A DNA stretch of 64,000 bases, from IMG/VR virus record IMGVR_UViG_3300050120_000255, positions 14,491 to 78,490 of that record. One strand, written 5' to 3'. Positions 55,980-64,000 of the stretch are shown here, piece after piece. Position numbers and translations under genes: made by a program. Positions within the stretch are counted from its first letter, which is position 1, and every line of letters starts with the position of its first letter. The DNA comes from a virus. The notes under the pieces are model-generated. The model saw only the letters and a program-made list of their open reading frames with translations, did no database searches and was not told the DNA's origin.

Positions 55980-56506
55980 TGCGAATCCTCGGCATCGACC
56001 CTGGAAAGAAGGGGGGATTCGCCATATACGACACGGATTGGGAAGCCGTGTCGGATATTTGGGACATGCCTACCTATTCGAAGAAGGTTGGGACCGGGAA
56101 AGCTGCGAAGGATCGCCCGGAGATCGACAAGGTCGGATTGGTATCCCTGTTCAACAAATTCGGAAGGCCAGACATGACGGTGATGGAGCTTGTAGGCCAG
56201 CGGCCCACGGCTCCCAAGGATGGGCAGGCGCGCGCGCAGAGTGGTATGTTTGAGTTCGGCAAGGGGTGGGGCTACGTCGACATGCTGTTGACGGTCTACA
56301 AACATCGCACCGAATACGCGCGGCCCCAAGTGTGGAAGAAGTCGATGGCCTGCCCTGCCGACAAGAAGGAAGCGGTGTTTCGGGCGGACCAACTCTTGCC
56401 GGATCATCGGGATCTTTGGCGCGGATCGCGCGGGGGACCCCTAGATGGACGGGCAGAGGCGGCCCTGCTTGCACTCTACGGCGCCACAAAACTGACTTTG
56501 CATTGA
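55979..56506 (+). CDS. RuvC-like Holliday junction resolvase
   Basis: ILGIDPG, VMELV, PQVWKK, DGRAEAALLA. Confidence 0.9.
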   Translation: MRILGIDPGKKGGFAIYDTDWEAVSDIWDMPTYSKKVGTGKAAKDRPEIDKVGLVSLFNKFGRPDMTVMELVGQRPTAPKDGQARAQSGMFEFGKGWGYVDMLLTVYKHRTEYARPQVWKKSMACPADKKEAVFRADQLLPDHRDLWRGSRGGPLDGRAEAALLALYGATKLTLH

Positions 56507-56552
56507 AACGACCTATCAGGAGAACGAACAGATGAACGTGGCTTTAGGCTGA

Positions 56553-57926
56553 ATGATCCCTCCCCTCATCCATCAGAAAACTGGCTCAAAGTTCATTGGT
56601 CCGCGCAGGCGATCTTTGCTGCTTGACCGACCGGGCTTCGGAAAATCCCGCACCTTCATTATGGCGCTCGACATGCGTCACAAGAAATGGGGCAACGGAA
56701 TGCGCGGCGTTGTCACGTGCCCGGCGATCGCACGCGATAATTGGCTACGTGAGTTTCAAAAGTGGTCGCATATCCCGCGCCGATATCTTGTCGCCGATGA
56801 TTTACATGATTTGATTTCATGGGAACGCGGACGCTTCGACGTGCTGATTTGCAGCTACGAATTCGCGGCAAAATGGGCGTTTCGTTTCGACAATTTGATG
56901 GCCTTCATGGACTTCTTTTGCGGTGATGAATTTCATCGGTTGAAAGCGGAAGAGTCGAAGCGTAAGATTGCGCTCGTCGGGAAAGATGGAGAATCCGGTC
57001 TCTCCGCCTGGGCTGCCTGGGGCGTCGGGCTGTCGGGGACGATCGCGCCAAATGACCCTATCGACCTTTACAATCCGCTTCGGTGGACTGGGATCATCAA
57101 GTCGAAGCGCGCGGACTTTACTAAGCGGTATTTCATTACCCGCGAGGGACTTCGATCCTCGACCAACAAACCAATCAAAGAGATGGTGCCCGAGCTTCGC
57201 GCCATGTTTGACAAGGTAGCGATTCGCCGGACCGAAGGTCTCGATCTGCCGCCGATCTGGTTTTCGAATCTGTACATTGACGGGGATCAGCAAGAGATTC
57301 TCAATTTCCTTGCTAGCCAAGAGGGGCTGAGTGACGAGATCTATGAGGCGATCAATGAGGGCAACCTAGCGCTGCTCGATTCACCGCAGGTTGCCACGGT
57401 CCGGAGGTTGATCGGAGAGGCCAAAGCCCTGCCCTACGCTCGCATGTTGGTCGATGAAATGAAGAACGGCGACAAGGACAAAGTCGTCGGGTTCGGTTTC
57501 CACCGGGCCGCGCTTCATTTGATCAACGATCATCTGAACGCCAACGGCATACCGTCGGCCATGCTCGTTGGTGGCATGACCCGCAACGCGTCCGATGGAT
57601 TGATTCGGGAATTCGAGGAAGGCAATTCTATGCGAGTGTTGGTCTGTAACTACAAGACTGCCGGCGAGGCTATCACGCTCACCTCGTCGAGATACCTCGA
57701 CAACTTCGAACGCCCCTGGGGTCCCGGCGACGGCGAGCAGGTTGTCATGCGAGTGTGGCGCTTGGGCCAAAAGCGGACGGTATTCGCCCGCAACATCACG
57801 CTGCGCGGAAGCTATGACGAGGACGTCAACAAGATCAATGATCGGAAGAATGAAAACATGGATGCGCTCGGCCTTCGCATGATGAGCGAGACCGGAACTG
57901 AGGCGGGAATGGAAAGGGCGGCTTAA
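56553..57926 (+). CDS. SNF2-like SF2 helicase
   Basis: PGFGKS, DEFH, LSGT, GEAITLT, QVVMRVWRLGQ. Confidence 0.9.
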   Translation: MIPPLIHQKTGSKFIGPRRRSLLLDRPGFGKSRTFIMALDMRHKKWGNGMRGVVTCPAIARDNWLREFQKWSHIPRRYLVADDLHDLISWERGRFDVLICSYEFAAKWAFRFDNLMAFMDFFCGDEFHRLKAEESKRKIALVGKDGESGLSAWAAWGVGLSGTIAPNDPIDLYNPLRWTGIIKSKRADFTKRYFITREGLRSSTNKPIKEMVPELRAMFDKVAIRRTEGLDLPPIWFSNLYIDGDQQEILNFLASQEGLSDEIYEAINEGNLALLDSPQVATVRRLIGEAKALPYARMLVDEMKNGDKDKVVGFGFHRAALHLINDHLNANGIPSAMLVGGMTRNASDGLIREFEEGNSMRVLVCNYKTAGEAITLTSSRYLDNFERPWGPGDGEQVVMRVWRLGQKRTVFARNITLRGSYDEDVNKINDRKNENMDALGLRMMSETGTEAGMERAA

Positions 57927-58261
57927 TGGCGATGGAACTGACAATTGTCGGCATGGGTTATAAGCCGCCGGCTGCGACGATCTTCAAATTCCTCCCCAAA
58001 GAAGTGCGGCTGATTCTCGTTCCCGAGCCGACCAATGCGCACGACCCCAACGCCATCAAAGTTTACGTATCGCGCGAGATAATAGACGAGATGCCACGGC
58101 GGGAACAACTTCGAACCGCTCTTGCTTCGGATGGCGTCGTGCTTGGGGACCTGTTGAGCGGAAGAAAAGCATTTCAGATCGGGTATGTGGCCCGCGATGA
58201 AGCAGCAACATTGAAGAACAAAATTGTTAAGCCCGTGAGCGCGGTATTCAAGTTTTCCTAA
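57926..58261 (+). CDS. HIRAN domain protein
   Basis: IVGMGY, LVPEPTNAHDPNAIKV, IGYV. Confidence 0.85.
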   Translation: MAMELTIVGMGYKPPAATIFKFLPKEVRLILVPEPTNAHDPNAIKVYVSREIIDEMPRREQLRTALASDGVVLGDLLSGRKAFQIGYVARDEAATLKNKIVKPVSAVFKFS

Positions 58262-58269
58262 AATATTAA

Positions 58270-58298
58270 TTGACGAATAGATGGATCGCGTCTATCCG
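58270..58298 (+). promoter_or_regulatory. sigma70-like promoter
   Basis: TTGACG-17-TATCCG with AT-rich upstream. Confidence 0.55.
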
Positions 58299-58339
58299 TT
58301 GTGTGCAAGCGACTGACACTCCACAGAAAGGGGCCCGCC

Positions 58340-58987
58340 TTGAAGATTTCATTGACCTTTGAATTTGAGACACGTGAGGAAGCCGAACACGAATCTCCGG
58401 CAATCCTCGCTGCGCGCCCCGGCAAAACACAAGACCTGCGTAAGGCCGACACGCCGAAGGCATCTGTCTCTACCAAGAACACACAGACGGCGAAGGCCAA
58501 TCCCCCGGAAGCGTCGACTGATGCGTTGGCGGATGACCCGCTGGTCGAGACCGGACATGACTCTTCGAATTATATTCGGGTCATCACCGAAGCGCTGCCT
58601 ATCCTGCAGCAAGAGGGCTTCCGCAAGATCGCCATCGCGTGCGGTCACTTGACCACAGCGGGAACGCCGGCGCCGATGAAAGAGCCGAAGCCCTCCCCGG
58701 AGATGCAGGCCAAGCTTATAGCCGAGATCGAGAAGGCCCTTGCGGCTAAGAACGCGGCCCCGGCTGTTGACCCTGGAAAGCTGACCCAAGAGGCCTACGA
58801 GGCCGAGATCGCCCGCTTCAGCGCCGCTCTGGGACCCAAGGCCCTCTCTGGTTTGAAGGAAGCCGCAAAGTCCGTTGGCCGTGTCAATTCGGAAGGCAAG
58901 GCTTTGGACCCCAAGCGGGCTGAGCCCGAGAAGCGGGCGGCCATTCTCGCCTTCCTCGAAAACCTTGTGACCAAGGCGGAAGCCTAA
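58340..58987 (+). CDS. hypothetical protein
   Basis: TTG start after AAGGGG; typical position upstream of DUF2800/DUF2815. Confidence 0.65.
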   Translation: MKISLTFEFETREEAEHESPAILAARPGKTQDLRKADTPKASVSTKNTQTAKANPPEASTDALADDPLVETGHDSSNYIRVITEALPILQQEGFRKIAIACGHLTTAGTPAPMKEPKPSPEMQAKLIAEIEKALAAKNAAPAVDPGKLTQEAYEAEIARFSAALGPKALSGLKEAAKSVGRVNSEGKALDPKRAEPEKRAAILAFLENLVTKAEA

Positions 58988-59006
58988 GTCTCAGTGGATC
59001 GGATAC

Positions 59007-59039
59007 GCCGCAGCGGTTTGATCTGCTGCGGCTTTTTTT
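59007..59039 (+). terminator. intrinsic terminator
   Basis: GCCGCAGCGG...CTGCTGCGGC followed by T7. Confidence 0.8.
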
Positions 59040-59067
59040 GTGTCGAAACGAAGCGAAAGGGGACGAA

Positions 59068-59307
59068 ATGAGGATTAAATATCGCCAGGAGCATAGTGAC
59101 AAAGTGAGGGAAGCAGATCTCGCGGAAATTCTCACTAGGGATCTCTGCTACTCCAGCCATTCTACGCAGGTAGATCAGGCGGCTAACGTTGCTGAAAAGA
59201 CCGCGGTGGCTGTCGGTAATCTCGCCGATCTTCTAGTCGACAAGGGAATCCTGTCTCTCGACGAGGTTTGGGCGGCGTTCCCGCTACTGGGAATCGTTCT
59301 CGTATGA
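59068..59307 (+). CDS. hypothetical protein
   Basis: GGGGA RBS, ATGA-coupled. Confidence 0.6.
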   Translation: MRIKYRQEHSDKVREADLAEILTRDLCYSSHSTQVDQAANVAEKTAVAVGNLADLLVDKGILSLDEVWAAFPLLGIVLV

Positions 59308-60650
59308 ACGCGCTCACGCCGATCGTTCCGCAGCGCGGGCACGAAGAACGCGACCACTCGCCGTGGGGCGCGAGCGCCGCCGCGCGCTATACGAAATGTT
59401 ACGGCTCCGTCTACATGCTGCAGAAATTCCCTCAGCCTACCTCCGCCGCGGCGAAGGAGGGGACCTGGGCGCACGAGTGCCTTGAGAAGGCCTTGCTCAA
59501 CGTTCCGTTCGACGAGATCAATTTCAAAGACAAAGAGATGCGCGACGGTGTGAAAGAGGCCTACGATTGGGTCGACACGATCCTCGCCGCCAATCCCGGC
59601 GCCATCCTCTTCCTTGAGAAGCCGTTCAAAGTCTCAGAGGATGTCTGGGGCACAAACGACGTTGCGATCTATGTGCCGTCGACCCAAACCCTTTACGTGA
59701 TGGATTTCAAATACGGCAAAGCCATTGTTGATGTCCGCGGCAACAAGCAGCTCCGGGTTTATGGGCTGGGCGCCATAATGGAATTGTTTGCCGTCGGTCT
59801 ATTAGTGCGTCGGATAGAAGTGACGATCTGCCAGCCTCGCGTTGACCATCCTGACGGCACTGCTCGGCCCGAGGAAGTCGATCTCGTCGATCTGTATGAT
59901 TTCTCGCTCGAACTCGACGAAGCGGTCGAGAAGACCAAGGACGCGGCTCTGCTGCTCGACGTTCTGCCAACCCTCCCCCAGAAGATGCAAGACGATTTCT
60001 GGGAGTCGGGCAAGTGGCGGAAGATTTTCGCGCCGAGCGCCGACACCTGCCACTTTTGCTGCAAAGCGGTCTGCCCGGCCGCGCAGCGCGAGGCGCTCGA
60101 TAGCCTGCCCGAGGTCTATGATCTCGACGACCTTCCGACATTCACGCCGCCGGCCCCGGCCGGGATCGACGTCGCGCGCCTGGTCGCCATCGTCAAATCG
60201 AAAAAGATGATCGAGAAATGGCTCGATGCGTGCTGGGTGCAGCTCTTGCTCGTCGGCCTGCAGGGCGCGGATCTGGGCGAATTAAAAATCGTTCGCACTC
60301 AGTCGAAGCGCGCCTTCCTATCCGATGAAGAAATAGTTCTTGCCGGGCTTGAAGAAATTTCAGAACATGGTATAGATAGATCATCATTTCTATCCTCTAA
60401 GCTCAAGGGCATCGGGGACACGGAAAATATCTTGATGGGCCTACCCGAAGAAATTCTCGTCAAATTCGGCAAGAACAAAACGGAGAGGCTCCGAAACATC
60501 AAAACGGCCATGGCTGAATTGATGGAGAAACGCGAGGGTCAGAACTACACAATCGCAGATTTGAACGACTCTCGCGAAGCAGTAGTGAATGACGCATTGG
60601 CTGAAATCGATTTTTCCGCAATAGCGGACCTAGATGAAGGAGATGAATAG
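59304..60650 (+). CDS. DUF2800 / Cas4-like PD-(D/E)xK exonuclease
   Basis: HS..GAS.A.R...C, EGT.AH, WGTND, DFKYG, QL.VY..GA, CHFC...CP. Confidence 0.9.
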   Translation: MNALTPIVPQRGHEERDHSPWGASAAARYTKCYGSVYMLQKFPQPTSAAAKEGTWAHECLEKALLNVPFDEINFKDKEMRDGVKEAYDWVDTILAANPGAILFLEKPFKVSEDVWGTNDVAIYVPSTQTLYVMDFKYGKAIVDVRGNKQLRVYGLGAIMELFAVGLLVRRIEVTICQPRVDHPDGTARPEEVDLVDLYDFSLELDEAVEKTKDAALLLDVLPTLPQKMQDDFWESGKWRKIFAPSADTCHFCCKAVCPAAQREALDSLPEVYDLDDLPTFTPPAPAGIDVARLVAIVKSKKMIEKWLDACWVQLLLVGLQGADLGELKIVRTQSKRAFLSDEEIVLAGLEEISEHGIDRSSFLSSKLKGIGDTENILMGLPEEILVKFGKNKTERLRNIKTAMAELMEKREGQNYTIADLNDSREAVVNDALAEIDFSAIADLDEGDE

Positions 60651-61430
60651 ATGGCAAGAGAATTAACGCAGGCTTGGTTGGATAAAGCAAACAAAGCGTA
60701 TCCGATGAAGATCAACAAAGACGGCGACCTCGTTACATGCCCACTCTTTCTTGACTATGTCGTTGATCTGTTCAAACCTCGGGAAAACAAGAAAGACGAC
60801 GGCACCGTAAAGCTGCAATACGGCGTCCAGGCCCTGTTTCAACCGAAGACGGACTTTTCTGTTCCCCGCGAAATCGCCAAAAAGCTCTACGCGTCCAAAA
60901 GCGTCGTGCAGGTTACGGAGACGGACGACGACGGCAAGAACATCACCTCTTGGGCCAGCCACAAACCGCTGCTCGGCGCTTTCTACAAGCAAGAGGACAG
61001 GGGCATTGACGCCGAGACCGGAAAGCTCCGCAAGGGGTATGTCCGCGGCGCCCTGGGCATCCATCCATCCACGCAACTGAAACCGATGGTTTGGAAGGTC
61101 GTCGGTGGCAAAAAGGTGCAAGTCACCGAGCTTGTCTACGACGAGATTTACAGCGGCGTTTGCGCGTTCGCGGTGATGAACCCCTTCTATTACACCAAGG
61201 GTAAGACTTGGAAGGGCGGCGTCGGCTTCGGGCTGAAGCACATCGTCATCCTGAATTCGAACACCCCCAAGTGGTTCGAGGGCGGCGCTAAGAAAGCGTC
61301 GATCGAGGATCTCAAGGACATCGAAATCGATCAGGACAGCATCATCAACTTCGAGAGCGAGGACGGCGGTTTCGAAGAGCCCGAGGAAGAGGGTTTTGGC
61401 GAGGAAGTCAACGAGTTCGCCGACGCATAA
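60651..61430 (+). CDS. single-stranded DNA-binding protein (DUF2815 / gp2.5-like)
   Basis: IYSGVCA...GVGFGL; acidic tail; follows DUF2800. Confidence 0.8.
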   Translation: MARELTQAWLDKANKAYPMKINKDGDLVTCPLFLDYVVDLFKPRENKKDDGTVKLQYGVQALFQPKTDFSVPREIAKKLYASKSVVQVTETDDDGKNITSWASHKPLLGAFYKQEDRGIDAETGKLRKGYVRGALGIHPSTQLKPMVWKVVGGKKVQVTELVYDEIYSGVCAFAVMNPFYYTKGKTWKGGVGFGLKHIVILNSNTPKWFEGGAKKASIEDLKDIEIDQDSIINFESEDGGFEEPEEEGFGEEVNEFADA

Positions 61431-61438
61431 TCAGAGCA

Positions 61439-61514
61439 TGGGAGGCCGGTGGTTCAAATCCACCCCGCGGCGGCAGGCATGTCGTCGCGGTAGCGCAGTC
61501 TGGTAGCGCGCCCA
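61439..61514 (+). ncRNA. circularly permuted tRNA-like element 1 (T arm, closed acceptor-like stem, D arm)
   Basis: TGGG/CCCA closing stem; GGTGG-TTCAAAT-CCACC; 11-bp hairpin with GGCA loop; TA; GCGC-AGTCTGGTA-GCGC. Confidence 0.7.
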
Positions 61515-61518
61515 GCTA

Positions 61519-61591
61519 GGGGAGATATCGGTTCGATTCCGGCCCGCGACGGTCTAACCGCCGAAGCGGTAGCATTGAGGTAATGCGCCCC
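61519..61591 (+). ncRNA. circularly permuted tRNA-like element 2
   Basis: GGGG/CCCC closing stem; ATCGG-TTCGATT-CCGGC; CCGC/GCGG capped by a hairpin; TA; GCAT-TGAGGTA-ATGC. Confidence 0.6.
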
Positions 61592-62005
61592 GACATTCGC
61601 CCGAATGGGCAACGAGATGCCAGTGGACGGCATCCCTCGAACCGCACGAGATGGGTCCATGCGCGGTGACCGGCCGGAGAGACGGTCAAGGGACGATCCC
61701 ACGGTGTCAGCTTATTAGGGCGGACGGGGTCGTCCCCTACCACAAGCACACGGCCACTTGGCAAGCGTGTTCTGGCGTCTCGTTCGCGAGCGTTGGTTAG
61801 CCACGCGCCCTATAACCCGACAAAGACGGGTAGGGCCAGAGAGCCGATAGTCAGGGTGTTCCGGTTCGATCCCGCGACGCGCCGTGTGCTTTTGGTAGGG
61901 GAGCAACCCCTGCAAGTTTCGATCGGTAAGAGGCCCGCGCCGTCAACGCTCGCGGCGGGCAATTTCACCTGGTCTTTTGGGAACGCTCCGTTGGGCGCCG
62001 ATCGA
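61592..62005 (+). ncRNA. further structured non-coding domains
   Basis: Closing stems at 61592/61708, 61733-61754/61881-61902 and 61919-61927/61997-62005; no credible CDS. Confidence 0.55.
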
Positions 62006-62032
62006 TTTTCAACAACAATGAAAGGACATCAA

Positions 62033-62161
62033 ATGGGAACGGACTTCGCAAGTGAACTGGAAGACCTGATCCTCAAATACAAAAATGAGGGAACCTCGGT
62101 CGACGATATTATCGCCGATATCAAGGGGGCGATTGAAGACCTCGAAGCGGAGATTGGATGA
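62033..62161 (+). CDS. 42-aa acidic protein
   Basis: AAGGA RBS before ATG 62033. Confidence 0.55.
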   Translation: MGTDFASELEDLILKYKNEGTSVDDIIADIKGAIEDLEAEIG

Positions 62162-62162
62162 C

Positions 62163-62429
62163 ATGTCGACTTCTGACCCGCAAGACATCGCCGAGACCGG
62201 CGTCGGCGCCGCCGAGCTGACCCAATTCGTCGAACGAATTGAGCGGCTCGAAGAGGAGAAAGCGGCCATCGCTGACGACCTCAAGGAAGTCTACGCCGAG
62301 GCCAAAGGACGAGGCTTCGACGTCAAGGTCATCCGCGAAATCATTAAGATCCGCAAGCAGGACCACTCGGAGCGGATGGAGATGGAGGCGATCCTCGAAC
62401 TCTATTTGGCCGCCCTGAACATGAAATGA
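62163..62429 (+). CDS. gapR: GapR / DUF2312 nucleoid-associated protein
   Basis: [30 protein letters not shown]...IIK.RK.D...EAILELY..AL. Confidence 0.9.
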   Translation: MSTSDPQDIAETGVGAAELTQFVERIERLEEEKAAIADDLKEVYAEAKGRGFDVKVIREIIKIRKQDHSERMEMEAILELYLAALNMK

Positions 62430-62477
62430 CGATGCTCGGGGATTTGATCCTCGTGCTCCTTTTACTCGCGACGGGTT

Positions 62478-63185
62478 TTGGGCCTCCGACCTTGGGCGCC
62501 TAACCGATCTTGTTCAGAATGTGGTGAACTCTTGATTGCTGTTGATCCCTTACAATTCGCGGAGCCCGTGCCGGCTGCGCGTAGATTACGGATCAACAGC
62601 AGCCACACCCTCAAGGAGCGCGGGGAAGATGCATACTTTTCTCCGCCCGAGGCCGGGGCGTCCCTCCTGGGTATTGAAGCCCTTCCCGCCATCATCCATG
62701 AGCCCGCGTGCGGCGATGGGGCCATAGCGCGCCCGCTGCGCGATGCAGGACACATTGTCACAACCTCCGACATCATCGACTACGGCCTGCCCTTCACAGA
62801 GATATCGAATTTTCTCACCGCGCCGCCGGTTTTCATGGCCGACGGGATCGTCACCAACCCACCTTTCAAACACGCCATGGACTTCGCTCGCAAGGCGATC
62901 GCGGAGGTCCCCTACGTCGCGCTTCTCCTCCGGCTCAACTGGCTCGAGACACCGAAGCGCGCGCTGTTCTTCAGGGAGACCAGGCTCTCCACGGTCTGGG
63001 TATCGTCGCGCCGGCTTCCGATGATGCATCGCCACGGGTACGAGGGACCGACAGCTCCGAGCAACTGTTGCTATGCCTGGTTCATTTGGGATCATCGAGC
63101 AATAGCCACCGAGCCCTATGAAGGAGCGGTGACAAAATTCTTTGATTGGGCGGATTTTGTTCGGCCCGCGGGGGCATGGATATAA
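62478..63185 (+). CDS. phage DNA amino-methyltransferase (start uncertain)
   Basis: EPACGDGAI, VTNPPF, ALLLRL, YAWFIW. Confidence 0.8.
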   Translation: MGLRPWAPNRSCSECGELLIAVDPLQFAEPVPAARRLRINSSHTLKERGEDAYFSPPEAGASLLGIEALPAIIHEPACGDGAIARPLRDAGHIVTTSDIIDYGLPFTEISNFLTAPPVFMADGIVTNPPFKHAMDFARKAIAEVPYVALLLRLNWLETPKRALFFRETRLSTVWVSSRRLPMMHRHGYEGPTAPSNCCYAWFIWDHRAIATEPYEGAVTKFFDWADFVRPAGAWI

Positions 63186-63535
63186 TAGAAGCCTAGCGTT
63201 TCTAGATGTGCCAAAACGCACACAATACCGCTCAGCTCAATCACATATTTTTGATACGTAATACGTGAACAAAAACATTCTGGAAGCGGAACAAATGCGG
63301 CGAATTAATGATTGACGACAAATGAATTCAGCAGTACGAAAGTGTTCATCAGGCAGGGGCTAGACTGATTCGTCTAGCAGTACACGAATCAGATAGGACG
63401 CCAAAATTGGGGACCGCTATTCTATCATTTAAAAGATTAGATAGATCGCGCGCTCGCAGCATTGGGCGAGCGGTCCTTTCGCACGCGCTCTTGGTATCTG
63501 CCCCCCCGTTTTTTCCAGACCTTTTTATTGACGAA

Positions 63536-63730
63536 ATGGATTCGAACTCAATGGCAATTTCCAAGCACAGCTTGAGCATAAATTTAACGGACGACGCACA
63601 GGAAGTTCTCGACGCGGCGGCGGCAAGCCGCGGATGCACTGTTGAACAAATGGTGGAGGGAATCTTGCAGATTCTTGGAGACGATCCGGATCTTCTAGAC
63701 AATGTCATCGACGATCGAGACCCCGAATGA
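63536..63730 (+). CDS. ribbon-helix-helix-like small protein
   Basis: SINL...EVLDAAAASRGCTVEQMV pattern. Confidence 0.55.
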   Translation: MDSNSMAISKHSLSINLTDDAQEVLDAAAASRGCTVEQMVEGILQILGDDPDLLDNVIDDRDPE

Positions 63731-63873
63731 GCGCTATCGCCAAGATCGCGAACGCTTATTTTAAGAGCGTAACTGAATCCCGTCCGCGGGATGTAGCCAT
63801 AGGGGGAAATGAAGCCCCATATATGTTTCGCTGGTGGGGCATTCCGCGGAATAGGTACTTCAACATCTACCTC
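63727..63873 (+). pseudogene. N-terminal part of a phage protein, apparently interrupted
   Basis: IGG...PY..RWW.IPRN.YFNIYL resembles a phage family I recall continuing with H...DD...HDHPW; the resemblance stops abruptly. Confidence 0.45.
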
Positions 63874-64000
63874 TCTCTAAGTGCAAGAAATGGGCCTGCG
63901 ACCCACTCTGATCGCGGGCTAGCTGATGATGGAGTGAGAGCCAATGTGGCCCAGAGCGGCCTGATTGGCGGAGGATATGACGATGAGCACACAGGCAGAG
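63873..64000 (+). mobile_element. probable left end of an IS110-family element (truncated)
   Basis: CT-repeat junction, ~100-nt non-coding end, then GGAGG and ATG (63977/63983). Family assignment is from recollection only. Confidence 0.45.

Noticed and set aside
56550-56552. Genome-wide TGA recoding
   Set aside because: Single instance; TGA terminates many genes in ATGA/TGATG overlaps.
902-60336. The 19-bp palindrome as a LexA box
   Set aside because: It matches neither CTGT-N8-ACAG nor the alphaproteobacterial GTTC-N7-GTTC.
61484-61551. Functional amber-suppressor tRNA (CTA in the loop)
   Set aside because: The anticodon arm is only 11 nt (3-bp stem, 5-nt loop), the T stem has a mismatch, and TAG acts as a normal stop in many genes here.
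61439-62005. Two-piece permuted alphaproteobacterial tmRNA
   Set aside because: True D stems are present, and there is no CCA end, tmRNA-type 5' end or tag reading frame that I can recognise.

Overview
The window is most of the genome of a tailed, siphovirus-type phage or prophage. The host is probably an alphaproteobacterium (GapR/DUF2312 gene; GTA-like DUF2460-DUF2163-NlpC/P60-tail tip module). No host genes, integrase, DNA polymerase or CRISPR array are visible. The left arm (1-33.9 kb, minus strand) reads, in transcription order: seven paralogous winged-helix-like genes, terminase, portal, protease/scaffold, capsid, head-tail and tail genes, tail fibre, an expanded lysis/envelope cassette, a LamG/SGNH accessory trio, and a T5 A1-like gene running off the edge. 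The right arm (34.6-64 kb, plus strand) carries many small early genes, a beta clamp, a DUF3560-methyltransferase, a RuvC-like resolvase, a helicase, HIRAN, a DUF2800 nuclease, a DUF2815 SSB, GapR and a second methyltransferase, and ends in a probable IS insertion. The most notable observations are: (1) a ~570-nt structured non-coding cassette at 61.4-62.0 kb that opens with two tandem circularly permuted, anticodon-less tRNA mimics; (2) the seven-gene wHTH-like array; (3) a genome-wide 19-bp palindrome (CTATC-N9-AATAG, at least 19 copies) over promoters, RBSs and coding sequence; (4) a triple CCG-GGGA-CGG hairpin leader before the capsid gene; (5) a CTG-start RlpA-like gene missed by the ORF track and a fatty-acid hydroxylase inside the lysis cassette. 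All family calls come from motif recognition by eye; no searches were run.
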